In this document: positions 9,787 through 18,677 of the stretch, piece after piece | Layout of the letters: each line of letters starts with the position of its first letter | How positions within the stretch are numbered: the stretch's first letter is position 1 | From: Candidatus Bathyarchaeota archaeon | GTDB taxonomy: Archaea; Thermoproteota; Bathyarchaeia; TCS64 | Assembly (NCBI GenBank): GCA_043826455.1 | Contig: JBDRQD010000046.1 | Span: 32,001-96,000, forward strand | DNA: 64,000 nt | Direction of reading: 5' to 3' | Notes under the pieces: model-generated | Databases searched by the model: none | Told to the model about the DNA's origin: nothing | What the model saw: the letters and a program-made list of their open reading frames with translations, nothing else | Made by a program: the position numbers and the translations under genes

Positions 9787-10400
9787 CCAGAGGCGCCGAG
9801 GCCGACCTCATCCTCACAGACTGGAACGGGCTCAGAGCCCTCGTCAAGACCCGTAAACCAAAGAAGTACAGGCACCCCGAGCTGGACAGGCAGCTCAGGA
9901 AGACCCGCACCAGGGCCGAGGCGGACATCATCCACAGGGTCAAGGCGGCCGGCGTACCAACACCCCTCCTATACCAGGTGGACCCCGAGAACGCCATCAT
10001 AGTCATGGAGTACATCGACGGCGTCAAGGTCCGGGACCTGGTGGACAGGTTAAACGACGAGGATAGGCGAACCCTGTTCCTAAGGATCGGCCGCTACGCG
10101 GGCACGCTACACGGCATGGGCGTCATCCACGGGGACCTCACCACCAGCAACATAATAAAAAGCGGGGACAGGATCGTGTTCATAGACTTCGGCCTCAGCG
10201 AGGTGAGCCGGGAAGTGGAGAAACGGGGCGTGGACCTGAACCTCATGAACAGGATGCTCACCAGCACACACTACAGGCACCAGGAGGCCCTGCTCGAAGC
10301 CTTCAAGGCCGGTTACAGGGAGACCAACCCGGAGGCCGAGGAAGCCCTCCAGCGGATGGAGGAGGTCGCCCGGAGGGGACGCTACATTGAGAAGAACTAG
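9771..10400 (+). CDS. bud32: KEOPS kinase Bud32
   Basis: MAKLIARGAEA (ATG 9771), HGDLTTSN, IDFGL, C-terminal RRGRY. Confidence 0.95.
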   Translation: MAKLIARGAEADLILTDWNGLRALVKTRKPKKYRHPELDRQLRKTRTRAEADIIHRVKAAGVPTPLLYQVDPENAIIVMEYIDGVKVRDLVDRLNDEDRRTLFLRIGRYAGTLHGMGVIHGDLTTSNIIKSGDRIVFIDFGLSEVSREVEKRGVDLNLMNRMLTSTHYRHQEALLEAFKAGYRETNPEAEEALQRMEEVARRGRYIEKN

Positions 10401-10944
10401 GATATGGATGGGCACCAGCAGCGACCACAAATACGAGGAAGCAAAGGAAGTGCTCGCGGAGTACGGCGTCGAGCTGGAGCGCCTGGGCATAGACCGCGTA
10501 GAGATACAGGCGGACGACCCGGAGATCATCGCAGAGTTCAGCCTAAGGCAGCTGGACGTGGACGTGCCCATACTCATCGAGGACGCGGGCCTCTACATAG
10601 ACAAGTACTTCGGGTTCCCGGGCCCCTACAGCAGCTACACCCTCCGCACCATCAGCAACGAGGGCATACTCAAGCTCATGGAGGGCGAAGAAGAGCGCGG
10701 CGCCCGCTACCTCTCGGCTGTGGCCTACCGCGACGGCGACACCTCGGTCACCTTCACCGGCGAGGTCCGCGGAGTGATAGCCCACGAGTGCAGGGGCACC
10801 GGGGGCTTCGGCTACGACCCCATCTTCATCCCTGATGAGGGGGACTGGCGAACTTTCGGCGAGATGACCCCCGAGGAGAAGGCCAGAATAAGCCACAGGG
10901 CCAGAGCCTTCAGGAAGCTGGGGGAGTGGCTCAGGAAACAGTAG
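10387..10944 (+). CDS. rdgB: Non-canonical purine NTP pyrophosphatase (RdgB/HAM1)
   Basis: EDAGL, FPGPYS, GFGYDPIF, SHRARA. Confidence 0.95.
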   Translation: MRRTRIWMGTSSDHKYEEAKEVLAEYGVELERLGIDRVEIQADDPEIIAEFSLRQLDVDVPILIEDAGLYIDKYFGFPGPYSSYTLRTISNEGILKLMEGEEERGARYLSAVAYRDGDTSVTFTGEVRGVIAHECRGTGGFGYDPIFIPDEGDWRTFGEMTPEEKARISHRARAFRKLGEWLRKQ

Positions 10945-10948
10945 CCTA

Positions 10949-11887
10949 CTAGGCCAGAATTTCGGGCCACCTGTCGATCATGTACTTGGTGGCGTCCGCT
11001 ATCTCGAAGGGCCTCGAACCGTTGCCCGTGCGCACGTAGAAGTGCTGCTTGCCCTTGTGGCTCATGAAGGCGGGTTCCTGGCTGCTCTGCACGGTGACGC
11101 GGCACACCTCCATGCCGTCCACCTCGTAGAATCTGAACCTGACGTACCTGAGGTACAGGTCCCCGATCTTGTTGGAGATCTGGTTGATGATATAGTTCTC
11201 GAAGCCGTCCCTGTTGGGCTTAGGCAGTGTCCGGTAGTCGTGCCCCAGGCCCACCACGGCTCGGTCATCGTTCACACCTATGACCAGCTCGCCGCCGTCA
11301 GCGTTCATGAAGGCGCACAGCGTCTTCAGGCAGTTGACCTCAAGCTCCTGGTCCACACACTTGCCCCGGGTGTTGTACCTGAGGCTGGCCTTGAACTCCA
11401 GGTGGGGCCCCTCGTCCAGGTTTATAAGCTCCTCCACGTCCGGGGGGGCATTGAGCTCCCAGCTGTTCTTGGCGTAGTTCCTCATTATCTCGGGCTGAAG
11501 GCTGGCGATGTCGGTTAGGCTCAGGATGCCCAGGACCTTCCCCCCGTCTCGGGGGTGGATGACGGGCAGCTTCTTGATCCGTTTGTTGAGCATGATCTTG
11601 CCGGCCTCCTCTAGGCTCATCTCGGGGTCAGCCGAGATGACGGACCGGGTCATGACTTCCTCCACGGCGGTGACCTTGGGGTCCCTGCCGCTGGCCACCA
11701 CCCTCTGAAGGACGTCCCTCTCCGTGAGTATCCCGTCCACGTTGCCGCTGCCCGAGACGATGACGCTGCTGATGCCGAACCGGGTCATCACCCGGGCCGC
11801 GTCCTCCACGGACTCGACGGGGGAAATGGAGACGACGCTGAGAGTCATAAGGTCCTTTACCTTGAGGGCCGAAGCTTGTGGCCTCAT
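10949..11887 (-). CDS. CBS-pair plus Schlafen/AlbA_2 domain fusion protein
   Basis: N-terminal CBS pair (VKDLMT, GILTERD, KKLPV, GILSLTD); C-terminal EGPHLEFKAS, CAFMNADGGELVIGVND, FYVRTGNGS. Confidence 0.85.
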   Translation of the reverse strand: MRPQASALKVKDLMTLSVVSISPVESVEDAARVMTRFGISSVIVSGSGNVDGILTERDVLQRVVASGRDPKVTAVEEVMTRSVISADPEMSLEEAGKIMLNKRIKKLPVIHPRDGGKVLGILSLTDIASLQPEIMRNYAKNSWELNAPPDVEELINLDEGPHLEFKASLRYNTRGKCVDQELEVNCLKTLCAFMNADGGELVIGVNDDRAVVGLGHDYRTLPKPNRDGFENYIINQISNKIGDLYLRYVRFRFYEVDGMEVCRVTVQSSQEPAFMSHKGKQHFYVRTGNGSRPFEIADATKYMIDRWPEILA

Positions 11888-12044
11888 AGCGTTCTTCCCT
11901 CAGCCGTGAGCCTATTGATGGTTATGGAGCATTGTACTAGAGCCTTAAAGGGGTTTAATTATCCCTGAGTTTATCGGTGGCTGAAGATAACCCCAGGCCT
12001 CCAGACATATGGATAGACGCATGTGATGAGCGTCGGTGCGAAGG

Positions 12045-12968
12045 TCACATCGTCTTGTGCCAGTAATAGTAGTCATACCTCTCAGTGAACCCAGTCACCT
12101 CGTACAGCCGGTTCGCCGCCGGGTTGTCCGCTGCCCCGCCGATGTAAAGCAGCGCCGGATCATACCTCTCCAGGCGCCTGAAGCCCTCGCATAGTAGGGC
12201 CCTCGCAAGGCCTCGCCCACGGTACTCCGGGAGGGTCCCCATCGGCTCCAGCTCGGTTATACCGCTGGGAGGGTCCAGCCTGAAGGTGCAGAACGACGCT
12301 ATCTTCCCGTCCTGGTCAACGGCCACGAGGTCAAGGTCCTTATGATAGAACGACGCGCGGGAGGTCTCCTCCAAGACCTCCTTGGTGAACCACTCACCGT
12401 GCCCGAAGACAGCCCTGACGCCCCTGGCGATCTCCTCAAAGTCCTTCTCAGGGCATACGGACCGCACCTCAAACCCGTCCGGGACCCTGTAGCCGGGAAT
12501 GGGGGCGTCCACGTCGCGCAGACGCAGTATACCGTAGACCGCCCCTCTCTCGAAGCCGTGCCTCCGGAGCGCCTTCTCCCTCGCCGGGTTCCCCTCGAGG
12601 GCGACGACTGAGAGCCTCAGCCCCCCGGGCTCCGCCCTCTGAGCGGCGCTGTGATCCTCGATCCATTGGATGATCTCCTCCTCGAGGAAGCTGTGGTCAG
12701 GGTGGATCTGGATGAAATAGCGGAACTTGGCCTCGGGGTTGGCCACCGCCAGTATCCTCGGCCTCTGCTCTCCACTGCAGAACTCCCATATGCGTGTGTC
12801 GGACTCCATTCCTCTGCCGCTGTTCTCGAAGCGGGGTGGCAGCCAGTTGTGAAGGCTAGCAGTCTCGGAGTAGGTGTCCCGGAGAAAGCTCATTACCGCC
12901 TGGAAATCGTCTTCGCGTCGGTACCCGCGTGAAGATACTGGCATGCGTATTGGTGTCATGGGGATCAA
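12045..12968 (-). CDS. GNAT family N-acetyltransferase (tandem domain)
   Basis: EPMGTLPEYRGRGLARALL and NPAANRLYEVTGF; exact start uncertain. Confidence 0.88.
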   Translation of the reverse strand: MIPMTPIRMPVSSRGYRREDDFQAVMSFLRDTYSETASLHNWLPPRFENSGRGMESDTRIWEFCSGEQRPRILAVANPEAKFRYFIQIHPDHSFLEEEIIQWIEDHSAAQRAEPGGLRLSVVALEGNPAREKALRRHGFERGAVYGILRLRDVDAPIPGYRVPDGFEVRSVCPEKDFEEIARGVRAVFGHGEWFTKEVLEETSRASFYHKDLDLVAVDQDGKIASFCTFRLDPPSGITELEPMGTLPEYRGRGLARALLCEGFRRLERYDPALLYIGGAADNPAANRLYEVTGFTERYDYYYWHKTM

Positions 12969-13153
12969 ATTATCTCTTCTGGACGCGTTCGCTGTCCAGA
13001 TAACAAGCGCAGTAAAATAGTTGTCAACGCCCCAGCTTCAGTAAAACTAAAAGGAATAGCTGTTTTTAGTTATTTTTATTACAAGATAACGATACCAAAA
13101 ACCTTTTTATAGGCAGCAGAGTCTAACCTTAGAGCACCCGGAGAAAACACAGA

Positions 13154-13600
13154 ATGGTAGGAAAACTCTCAACGATGCGGGGCGGAAGCCGAAGCACCAG
13201 GCCGGTGAGCAAGAGGCCCCCCAACTGGGTAGTCTACCAGCCCGACGAAGTACAGGCACTCATCATAAACCTGACCAGGGAGGGCAAGACCCAGAGCCAG
13301 ATAGGCAACATCCTCAGAGACGTCCACGGAGTGCCTCTGGTCAAGCCTATAGTGGGCCACGGCATCAGGAAGGTCCTGGACGAGGCCGGGCTAGCTCCCA
13401 AGATCCCCGAGGACATCTACAACCTGATGGTGGTCGCCACGCGCCTCCGGAGACACCTGGACCGTAACCCCAAGGACTTTCACAACAAGAGGAGCCTCCA
13501 GCTGACGGAGAGCAAGATATACAGGCTCACCCGGTTCTACAAGAAGCGGGGACTTCTGCCCAAGGACTGGAGTCACAGGCAGGAGATAGTCACCGTCTAG
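13154..13600 (+). CDS. rps15: 30S ribosomal protein S15 (uS15)
   Basis: SQIGNILRDVHGVP, IPED, LTESKIYRL. Confidence 0.96.
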   Translation: MVGKLSTMRGGSRSTRPVSKRPPNWVVYQPDEVQALIINLTREGKTQSQIGNILRDVHGVPLVKPIVGHGIRKVLDEAGLAPKIPEDIYNLMVVATRLRRHLDRNPKDFHNKRSLQLTESKIYRLTRFYKKRGLLPKDWSHRQEIVTV

Positions 13601-13610
13601 CGGGGTCCCT

Positions 13611-15032
13611 ATGGCCCAGCCTGACGGCTTCCTTCGATCCTTTGCGCCCGCAGTCCACCTCTTTCGTGAGCACGCCAGTAGAGGCAGCAGGATACGTATT
13701 GTGACCCACAACGACGCTGACGGCCTCAGCAGCGGAGGCATAGTCTGCGTCGCCGCCCACAGGGCGGGAGCGTCTTTCAGGGTGACAAGCGAGAAGAAGC
13801 TGGACGAGAAGCTGGCCCGGAGCCTGGGGGATGAGAACCCGCCCCTGACGGTGTTCACTGACTTCGGCAGCGGCTACCTGGACATCATCTCGGAGAACCT
13901 GAGCCGTGACGTCATAGTGCTGGATCACCACCTGTGCCAGGAGGCTGAGGCGGCCAACATTGTCCACGTGAACCCCATGCTCCACGGTATCGACGGGGCC
14001 AGGGACATTGCGGCCTCGGGCATCAGCTACCTCTTCGCCAAGGCCCTTGACCCCAGGAACATGGACCTGAGCTGCCTGGGCCTCATAGGGGCCCTGGGGG
14101 ACCAGCAGGACAAGGGGGAGCGCAAGTCTCTCGCCGGCCTCAACGCGCTCATCGAGGAGGACGCAACAGGCGCTGGGCTCCTGGAGAAGCACGTGGGCCT
14201 CATCTTCTACGGGTACGAGACCAGGCCCCTGCCCAGAGCCATCGCCTACACCACAACCCCCTACATTCCTGGACTGAGCGGCAACGAGGGCAACTGCGTG
14301 GCCTTCCTCAAGCAGATAGGGATAGAGCTGAGCAAGGGGGAGCAGCTCAGGGCCCTCGCGGACCTCACGGAGGACGAGAAGCGCACCCTCTTCAGCGCCC
14401 TCAGCAGCCACATGGTGAGCACCGGCTGCGACCCGGGGAGCGTCCACGAGCTCATAGGCACCATCTACACCTTCAGGCTGGAGGACCCCGGCACCGCCCT
14501 CAGGAGCGGCCGCGAGTACGCCAGCCTCCTCAACGCCTGTGGCAGGATGGGGAAGGGGGGGCTCGGCCTCAGCATATGCCTCGGGGACAGGGGGGAGGCC
14601 ATGGAGGAGGCCCAGCAGACCCTGGACGAGTACCGCCGCAGGATCGGCTCGGCCCTGGACCTGGTGCAGATGAAGGGCATGGTGGAGGAGCTGGAGGGCA
14701 TCTACGTGATCCGGGCCGGGGACAGGATAGACGACACAGTCATAGGCGTCGTCTCAGGCATCCTTCTTAGTCAGGGGATGCTGAAGGCCACGAAGCCCAT
14801 AGTTGCCACGGCCCTCAGCGAGGACGACCAGGTAAAGGTCTCCGCCAGGGGCACCGAGGAGCTGGCCAAAGGGGGTCTCCACATGGGCAAGGTGATGCAG
14901 GAGGCGGCTGAGGCCCTGGGGGGCGGCGGCGGTGGACATGACGTGGCGGCCGGAGCATACGTACCTGTTGATAAGGAGGAAGATTTCATAGCTAAGGTGA
15001 ACAGCCTTGTCCGGGAGAAGCACGCCGAGTGA
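13611..15032 (+). CDS. RecJ-like DHH phosphoesterase
   Basis: HNDADG, DFG, DHH, DHHA1 GGGHDVAAGA; conserved position after rps15. Confidence 0.92.
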   Translation: MAQPDGFLRSFAPAVHLFREHASRGSRIRIVTHNDADGLSSGGIVCVAAHRAGASFRVTSEKKLDEKLARSLGDENPPLTVFTDFGSGYLDIISENLSRDVIVLDHHLCQEAEAANIVHVNPMLHGIDGARDIAASGISYLFAKALDPRNMDLSCLGLIGALGDQQDKGERKSLAGLNALIEEDATGAGLLEKHVGLIFYGYETRPLPRAIAYTTTPYIPGLSGNEGNCVAFLKQIGIELSKGEQLRALADLTEDEKRTLFSALSSHMVSTGCDPGSVHELIGTIYTFRLEDPGTALRSGREYASLLNACGRMGKGGLGLSICLGDRGEAMEEAQQTLDEYRRRIGSALDLVQMKGMVEELEGIYVIRAGDRIDDTVIGVVSGILLSQGMLKATKPIVATALSEDDQVKVSARGTEELAKGGLHMGKVMQEAAEALGGGGGGHDVAAGAYVPVDKEEDFIAKVNSLVREKHAE

Positions 15033-15264
15033 GACTAGGATCACCATCAGGTACAGCAGCCCCGAGGCCGCTGAGGCCATAATGAGGGCCATCGCGCCGG
15101 ACAACACGGGGGCCCCGGAGGGTATGAGCATTGAGGCTCATGTGGATGGAAGCACTCTCAGCGTCGACGTCGTGAGCAGCAGGGGTCTGGGAAGCCTGGT
15201 GTCCACCTTGGACGACCTTCTCAGCTGCGTCCAGGCCGCCGAGGCGGCTTTAAAACAGTTATAG
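15007..15264 (+). CDS. pcc1: KEOPS subunit Pcc1
   Basis: AIAPDN, LGSLVSTLDDLL; conserved synteny after the RecJ-like gene; start uncertain. Confidence 0.82.
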   Translation: MSGRSTPSETRITIRYSSPEAAEAIMRAIAPDNTGAPEGMSIEAHVDGSTLSVDVVSSRGLGSLVSTLDDLLSCVQAAEAALKQL

Positions 15265-15690
15265 TATGGTGATGGTCGGCTCTAGGGACACCTGGGCCTT
15301 GACGCTCTGCCAGATCAGGCTGTACTTCTCGGCCATCTGGAGGGCCCTGTTGACCCGGTCCTCCGTGGTGCCCCTCGCCACGATGTGGGGTTTGATGGTC
15401 ATCCTGCTGAAGGCGCTGGTCCTGTCCAGGTACTCCTCCACGTGGCCCGTAGTCTCGCAGCTGTAGCTCACGAGATCGATCTTGAGCTTCTCTGCAGCCC
15501 AGATGACCATCAGAGTGTAGCAGGTGTTGAGGGCGCCTACGAAGGCGTCCTCGGGCGTCAGCACCCCGTGCTCGCCGTGGAGGTCCTTGGGGGCGCTGAA
15601 GGGCATCTCGGCGCCGTTGCTGCACCTGAGGACGCCCCTGTGTCCGCCCAGCCACTCTACGCTTGTGTGGTACTCAGGCACCCTGCTCAC
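15259..15690 (-). CDS. OsmC/Ohr-family protein
   Basis: LTPEDAFVGALNTCY first Cys motif; the second motif reads AEKYSL (Ser where Cys is usual). Confidence 0.85.
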   Translation of the reverse strand: MSRVPEYHTSVEWLGGHRGVLRCSNGAEMPFSAPKDLHGEHGVLTPEDAFVGALNTCYTLMVIWAAEKLKIDLVSYSCETTGHVEEYLDRTSAFSRMTIKPHIVARGTTEDRVNRALQMAEKYSLIWQSVKAQVSLEPTITIL

Positions 15691-16084
15691 CCTGAACCCA
15701 GTCGATCTTCTCAGCTATCTCCAAGGCGACGCGCTCAGCCAGCTTAACATCATCTTCGCTGAGGACCCGCCTAGAAGCCGGGGGCTCCACGCCCCACCCC
15801 TCTATGAGGGCCTCCACGTCCACGTCCGCCGCCGTCAAGCCACTGTACTTCTCAATTGCCTTCTTGGCGCACTGCCTGTGGCAGCCATCCACGGGGATTG
15901 TGGGGAACCTTTGAGCGAACTCCCGTTCACCCGAGTCGCCCGCCAGGAATAGGGGCAGGCAGAGGGTGACCGTGCCGGGCCTTACCCCTTCAAGGATCAT
16001 ACGTGTCGCGACGCGGCTCAGGGTGCCCATGCTGCAGCACTCGCCGCTGCAGCTGATGACACCCACCTTGGGTTTGATATTCAT
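15674..16084 (-). CDS. DGC-domain putative zinc-binding protein
   Basis: SCSGECC, TLCL, VDGCHRQCA; true start ATG 16084 overlaps the upstream stop (ATGA). Confidence 0.85.
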   Translation of the reverse strand: MNIKPKVGVISCSGECCSMGTLSRVATRMILEGVRPGTVTLCLPLFLAGDSGEREFAQRFPTIPVDGCHRQCAKKAIEKYSGLTAADVDVEALIEGWGVEPPASRRVLSEDDVKLAERVALEIAEKIDWVQGEQGA

Positions 16085-16485
16085 TGCCTTTCCTCCAGCA
16101 GCTCGTCCACCTTGGCCGCTATCCTCTCGGCCAGCAGCCCTGAGAGCCTCTCTCCGTCCTCGTCCAGGAAGGTTACCTCCCTGGGCTTCAGTCCACGGTT
16201 CTCCCTGAGCAGGTCCATGACTCGTATGTGGGCCGCCACGTTGCCGCCCGCGATCTCGATGTTCTTGCCTGCGCACTCCAGGGGGCACCCGTCCACGGCT
16301 ATGCACTTGCTGCCCTTGACCTGCCTCGTGGCCTCCTTGTCCCCCATGACCAGTAGGCTCAGGCAGTTGGTCTCAGCCTTACCTGGGCGGAGCTCGTCCA
16401 CTACCCTGAACGTGGCGTCGCGGCCTATGGTTCCAAAGGGTTTCCCGATGCCGCTGCACGGGATTACCAGTATCTTATCAGTCAT
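16081..16485 (-). CDS. DGC-domain putative zinc-binding protein
   Basis: IPCSG, TNCL, VDGCPLECA. Confidence 0.85.
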   Translation of the reverse strand: MTDKILVIPCSGIGKPFGTIGRDATFRVVDELRPGKAETNCLSLLVMGDKEATRQVKGSKCIAVDGCPLECAGKNIEIAGGNVAAHIRVMDLLRENRGLKPREVTFLDEDGERLSGLLAERIAAKVDELLEERQ

Positions 16486-16942
16486 CCTCGGCCCCCTTGA
16501 GCTTCCTGACCTCTGCCTCCGCCTTCATCTTCATGTACTTGAAGTACTCCTGGTCGCTGAGGAGTCCCTTCATCTGGTTGGGGGCCACTGATTTCACCTC
16601 GGCGACCCATCCCTCCCCGTAGGGGTCCGTGTTCATGAGCTCAGGGTAATCGTTGAGGCGGTTGTTCACCCGAGCTACGCTGCAGTCGAAGGGGGCCTTG
16701 ACGTCCAGCACCGCCTTGATGGTCTCGTAGGCGGCCAGGGGCTCACCCATCTTTAACTCGCCCTGGCTCAGGAAGTCCACGAAGACTATGTCGCCGCCCA
16801 TCCTCTGGGCCAGGTCGGTGATGCCGACCCTGTAGGCTTCACCGGTCTGCTGGACCCAGACGTCGTCTTGGGTGTATCTCAGGCCCTTCCTGACCTTGAT
16901 TATGAACTTGTCTATTGTTGTGGAGATGTAATCGTCGGCCAT
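16478..16942 (-). CDS. Glycine cleavage H-like lipoyl-carrier protein
   Basis: VGITDLAQRMGGDIVFV, YETIKA (lipoyl Lys position), NTDPYGEGW. Confidence 0.9.
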   Translation of the reverse strand: MADDYISTTIDKFIIKVRKGLRYTQDDVWVQQTGEAYRVGITDLAQRMGGDIVFVDFLSQGELKMGEPLAAYETIKAVLDVKAPFDCSVARVNNRLNDYPELMNTDPYGEGWVAEVKSVAPNQMKGLLSDQEYFKYMKMKAEAEVRKLKGAEDD

Positions 16943-17014
16943 CTGCTCACTGTCCTGGAGTATGCTCCCCCGCGTTTCATATAAATATATTTAGATTTGT
17001 ATTGGTTGGGTTCG

Positions 17015-17392
17015 CTAAAGCTCCCCCATCCTCTCCTTGTAGCGGGACGACATGAAGGTCCACTTGCCCTCCTTCCGCTTCTCCACGAAGCCCTCGGCCT
17101 CCAGTATCTTCAGGTGGTGAGACAGGTTAGGCTGGCTTATCCCCAGGGCCACCATGAGCTCGCAGACGCACATATCCCTGACCTCCAGGAGCCTGAGTAT
17201 CCTGAGCCTCTTGGCGTCCGATAGGGCCTTGAAGACCCTGCTCTTCTTTCTGGCTTCCTTGGGCTCCGCTGCCTGGGCCGCCAGCTGCTTGAGCTCCTCC
17301 TTGTAGTCGGCTAGGCAGGTGCCGTCGCAGACGTTACTCTCTATGAGTCTCTGGAGCCTCTGATCTAGTACGTTCTTGGGCATCTGATCCAA
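17015..17392 (-). CDS. arsR: ArsR/SmtB metalloregulator
   Basis: FKALSD, MCVCEL alpha3 As-binding box, SQPNLSHHLKIL; start could be ATG 17383. Confidence 0.9.
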   Translation of the reverse strand: MDQMPKNVLDQRLQRLIESNVCDGTCLADYKEELKQLAAQAAEPKEARKKSRVFKALSDAKRLRILRLLEVRDMCVCELMVALGISQPNLSHHLKILEAEGFVEKRKEGKWTFMSSRYKERMGEL

Positions 17393-17402
17393 GTAATCTA
17401 TT

Positions 17403-17456
17403 TTTAAACGAATTTAAATATGTTTCAATCCAAGTTCATATAAACGGATTTAAATA
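17403..17456. promoter_or_regulatory. Putative ArsR operators (two copies)
   Basis: taaacgaatttaaata (17405) and taaacggatttaaata (17441) lie in the divergent arsR/acr3 spacer; the first is palindromic tttaaa-N4-tttaaa. Confidence 0.6.
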
Positions 17457-17487
17457 CAAGCATGGTGTACGGTCTCTGAATAGTAGG

Positions 17488-18516
17488 GTGAAACACGTGA
17501 CGGAGCAAAAACCTCACCTAGGTTTCTTCGAGAAGTACCTGGCCGTCTGGGTCATAGCCTGCATGGGCGTCGGCCTCGTCCTGTCCCAGTACCTGCCCGG
17601 CCTCAGCCAGGCCATAGACAGCTGGCAGATCAGGGGCATCAGTGTGCCCATCGGCATCTGCCTGTTCCTCATGATGTACCCGGCCTTGCTCAACCTCAGG
17701 CTCGAGGAGCTCAGGAAGCTGGCCAGGAACCCGAAACCCATCATCCTGACCCTGTTCAGCAACTGGGTCATAGCCCCCATAGTGACGGTTATACTGGCCA
17801 ACGTGTTCCTTAGGGGCTACGACCAGCTCACGGTGAGCCTTATACTGTTGGGGGCAAGCCCCTGCACGGCCATGGTGCTTGTGTGGGGCAGCCTGGCCGG
17901 GGGCAACCAGGAGCAGAACTTCATCACGACGAGCCTCAACACCATAACCATCATGATACTGTACGCGCCTCTGGTGGCCTTGCTCACCGGCGTCCAGAAC
18001 ATAGCCATCGACAGGGGGCTACTAGTAATATCGGTTCTGGTCTTTATCGGGGTGCCTCTCATCCTCGGCTACTTCAGCAGGAGGTACCTGACGAGCACGA
18101 GGGGCGAGAAATGGTTCCAGGGCGTCTACAGGCCCGCCGTGGGCAAGGTGGCCATCGCGGCCCTGCTGACCACCCTCATAGTGCTGTTCAGCCTGAACGG
18201 CGACGTGCTGCTCACTAACCCGGACCTCATGGTCCTCATGAGCGCGCCCCTGCTGGTGGGCTTCTTCGTGGTGGTGGGCTTCAACCTGGTTGTTACGAGG
18301 CTCATGGGGCTAAGGTACCGTGAGGGCATCATCACGGTCATCATCGGGAGCAGCAGCCACTTCGAGATAGCCATAGCCACCGCCATCAGCCTCTACGGGC
18401 TGGGGTCTCAGGCGGCCCTGGGCACCACCATGGGCCTCTTCTGGGAGGTCCCCATCATGCTGAGCCTGGTTTGGCTGGGCAAGAGGCTCAACGAGAAGGG
18501 CTTCTGGGGAAAATAG
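17488..18516 (+). CDS. acr3: Arsenite efflux transporter Acr3
   Basis: About 10 TM segments; LMMYP, PCTAMVLVW, FEIAIA, EVPIML. Confidence 0.93.
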   Translation: MKHVTEQKPHLGFFEKYLAVWVIACMGVGLVLSQYLPGLSQAIDSWQIRGISVPIGICLFLMMYPALLNLRLEELRKLARNPKPIILTLFSNWVIAPIVTVILANVFLRGYDQLTVSLILLGASPCTAMVLVWGSLAGGNQEQNFITTSLNTITIMILYAPLVALLTGVQNIAIDRGLLVISVLVFIGVPLILGYFSRRYLTSTRGEKWFQGVYRPAVGKVAIAALLTTLIVLFSLNGDVLLTNPDLMVLMSAPLLVGFFVVVGFNLVVTRLMGLRYREGIITVIIGSSSHFEIAIATAISLYGLGSQAALGTTMGLFWEVPIMLSLVWLGKRLNEKGFWGK

Positions 18517-18518
18517 GG

Positions 18519-18653
18519 TCACCCGAACGTAGTCTCAACCCACACTCTTATCTCGTCCCTGATCCTCCTAACCTGTGCTATGACTTCATTCTCAGAGCCT
18601 GCTATGGCTGAGGGGTCTCTGAAGCTGCGGTGGATAAGCTCACCCCCCGGGAA
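18519..18653 (-). pseudogene. arsC: C-terminal remnant of an LMWP-type arsenate reductase
   Basis: Minus strand reads FPGGELIHRSFRDPSAIAGSENEVIAQVRRIRDEIRVWVETTFG*; no start codon and no catalytic P-loop. Confidence 0.8.
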
Positions 18654-18677
18654 GCCTGGGAGATAAAAAGGGGTCGG

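Noticed and set aside
8793..10400. 535-aa ORF suggesting a Kae1-Bud32 fusion
   Set aside because: The N-terminal ~326 aa is an off-frame shadow of kae1. Bud32 starts at ATG 9771 and kae1 has its own stop at 9786.
15674..16306. 210-aa extended DGC ORF
   Set aside because: The extension overlaps the upstream DGC gene in another frame; ATGA coupling at 16081-16084 marks the start.
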